Shown piece by piece: positions 63,083 to 64,000 of a stretch of 64,000 nt of DNA (positions within the stretch are counted from its first letter, which is position 1; the number at the start of each line of letters is the position of its first letter). A program made the position numbers and the translations under genes. The notes below the pieces were generated by a model. That model searched no databases. It was not told the origin of the DNA and saw only the letters and a list, made by a program, of their open reading frames with translations. This DNA is from the human T2T-CHM13v2.0 reference genome, Homo sapiens, in assembly GCF_009914755.1 (NCBI RefSeq), contig NC_060932.1; one strand, written 5' to 3'.

Positions 63083-63126
63083 TGTGGTGCATGTATGTAG
63101 TATATGTGTGTGTGTGTGTGTATGTA
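62612..63126. repeat. Degenerate (TG)n/(TGTA)n tract with a pure (TG)n core
   Basis: ~510 nt of TG-based repeat, pure TG run at ~63052-63080. Confidence 0.96.
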
Positions 63127-63912
63127 CTGGGGGTGAGGCCTGGGCCAGGGGCAGGCACGGCTCCTCTTGGCACCTGTTGTGCTGTGCAGTGGACGTCCAT
63201 GCTGTTGTGGGGCGTGTGTGAGCCCTCAGGACTGTGAGGATGTGTGGTTTCAGTTTGGGTTTCTTATAATGGGGAATCATTACCCTTTCTGTAGGAAGAA
63301 GGAGATGTCAGACATACAAAAACATGTTTTAAGGAATGTATTCCAAGTCCATTTTCTAATGCAGAGGAATTCCCCAGGAGATGGGAGGTGTGGAGACACC
63401 ACAGAGGCCGTAACACGGGACAGTCACAGGCAGAGGCTCTGGGGATGGGGGGCCAGGCAATGCCTCCTTCACCTGTCCCAGTCAAGGCAGCAAGTGGGGC
63501 CCCAGGATCCCTACTGCCCAACGCTTCCTCCTCAGTCTCCTGTGCACCTGTGTGAGATCCAGAGGCCTCAGGCATTCACCTTGAATCCACCCAAAGGACA
63601 ATCACCCAAGCCACTGAACACGCCTGATCAGATGCAGCTCCAGGAAAAAGCAGCCACGTCTTGTCTGAGCTGTTAATCAGCCGCTGCCCACCGACCAGCC
63701 ACGCCTCTTCAAGGCGCACGCATTTTTCACAGATGGGGTGAGCACATGCGCTCCCGAGAAGCTGAGCGACATCACGGTTTCCGTGTACTCCGGTGATTGC
63801 AGAGTTCTCCTCGCCACCACCCCATCCATCTGCCGGGCACCCACATCCACGCCGGTTCCGTAAGCTGCTCTCCGGCTCTCCCAAATGGGCTGCTTGGGTG
63901 TTTCTCTTAGGG

Positions 63913-63958
63913 TTTTTGTTTGTTTGTTAGTTCGTTTGTTTGTTCGTTTGTTTGTTTT
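63913..63958. repeat. (TTTG)n microsatellite
   Basis: TTTGTTTGTTTGTTAGTTCGTTTGTTTGTTCGTTTGTTTG. Confidence 0.85.
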
Positions 63959-64000
63959 GAGGTCTGTTATTCCTATTAACACGATGTGTGTGTCCTGCAC

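Noticed and set aside
62312-63280. Cys/Val and His/Thr ORFs of 150-246 aa (also at 5994-6360)
   Set aside because: Artefacts of TG/CA repeats.

Overview
Primate (very probably human or great-ape) non-coding DNA, judged from AluY/AluS/AluJ, L1PA3-5, THE1, MLT and MER34 elements. I found no recognisable host protein-coding exon, RNA gene or CRISPR array. The only bona fide protein homologies are LINE-1 ORF1, ORF2 and ORF0 of a disabled full-length (~6.14 kb) L1PA3-like element at 28872-35015 (minus strand) and other L1 remnants. The window looks subtelomeric: AT-rich old-L1 sequence (~0.7-13.5 kb) gives way to GC/CpG-rich DNA with CpG-island-like blocks and an unusually high density of minisatellites (28, ~31, 50, 39, 41, 47, 69 and 50 bp units) and two-copy local duplications. 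Most L1s and all four LTRs lie on the minus strand, as expected inside an intron of a plus-strand transcription unit (inference; locus not identified). I cannot demonstrate a new biological system. The best leads are (1) a non-Alu 165-bp inverted duplication whose two junctions each seeded a minisatellite, (2) an open L1 ORF0 whose two splice donors could each join in frame to long stop-free frames of an adjacent CAT/CAC repeat, (3) a CpG-dense 41-bp VNTR that is a chain of hairpins, and (4) a canonical donor/acceptor pair leaving a CpG island. Repeat family and subfamily calls come from remembered consensus motifs, and counts and identities are manual estimates.
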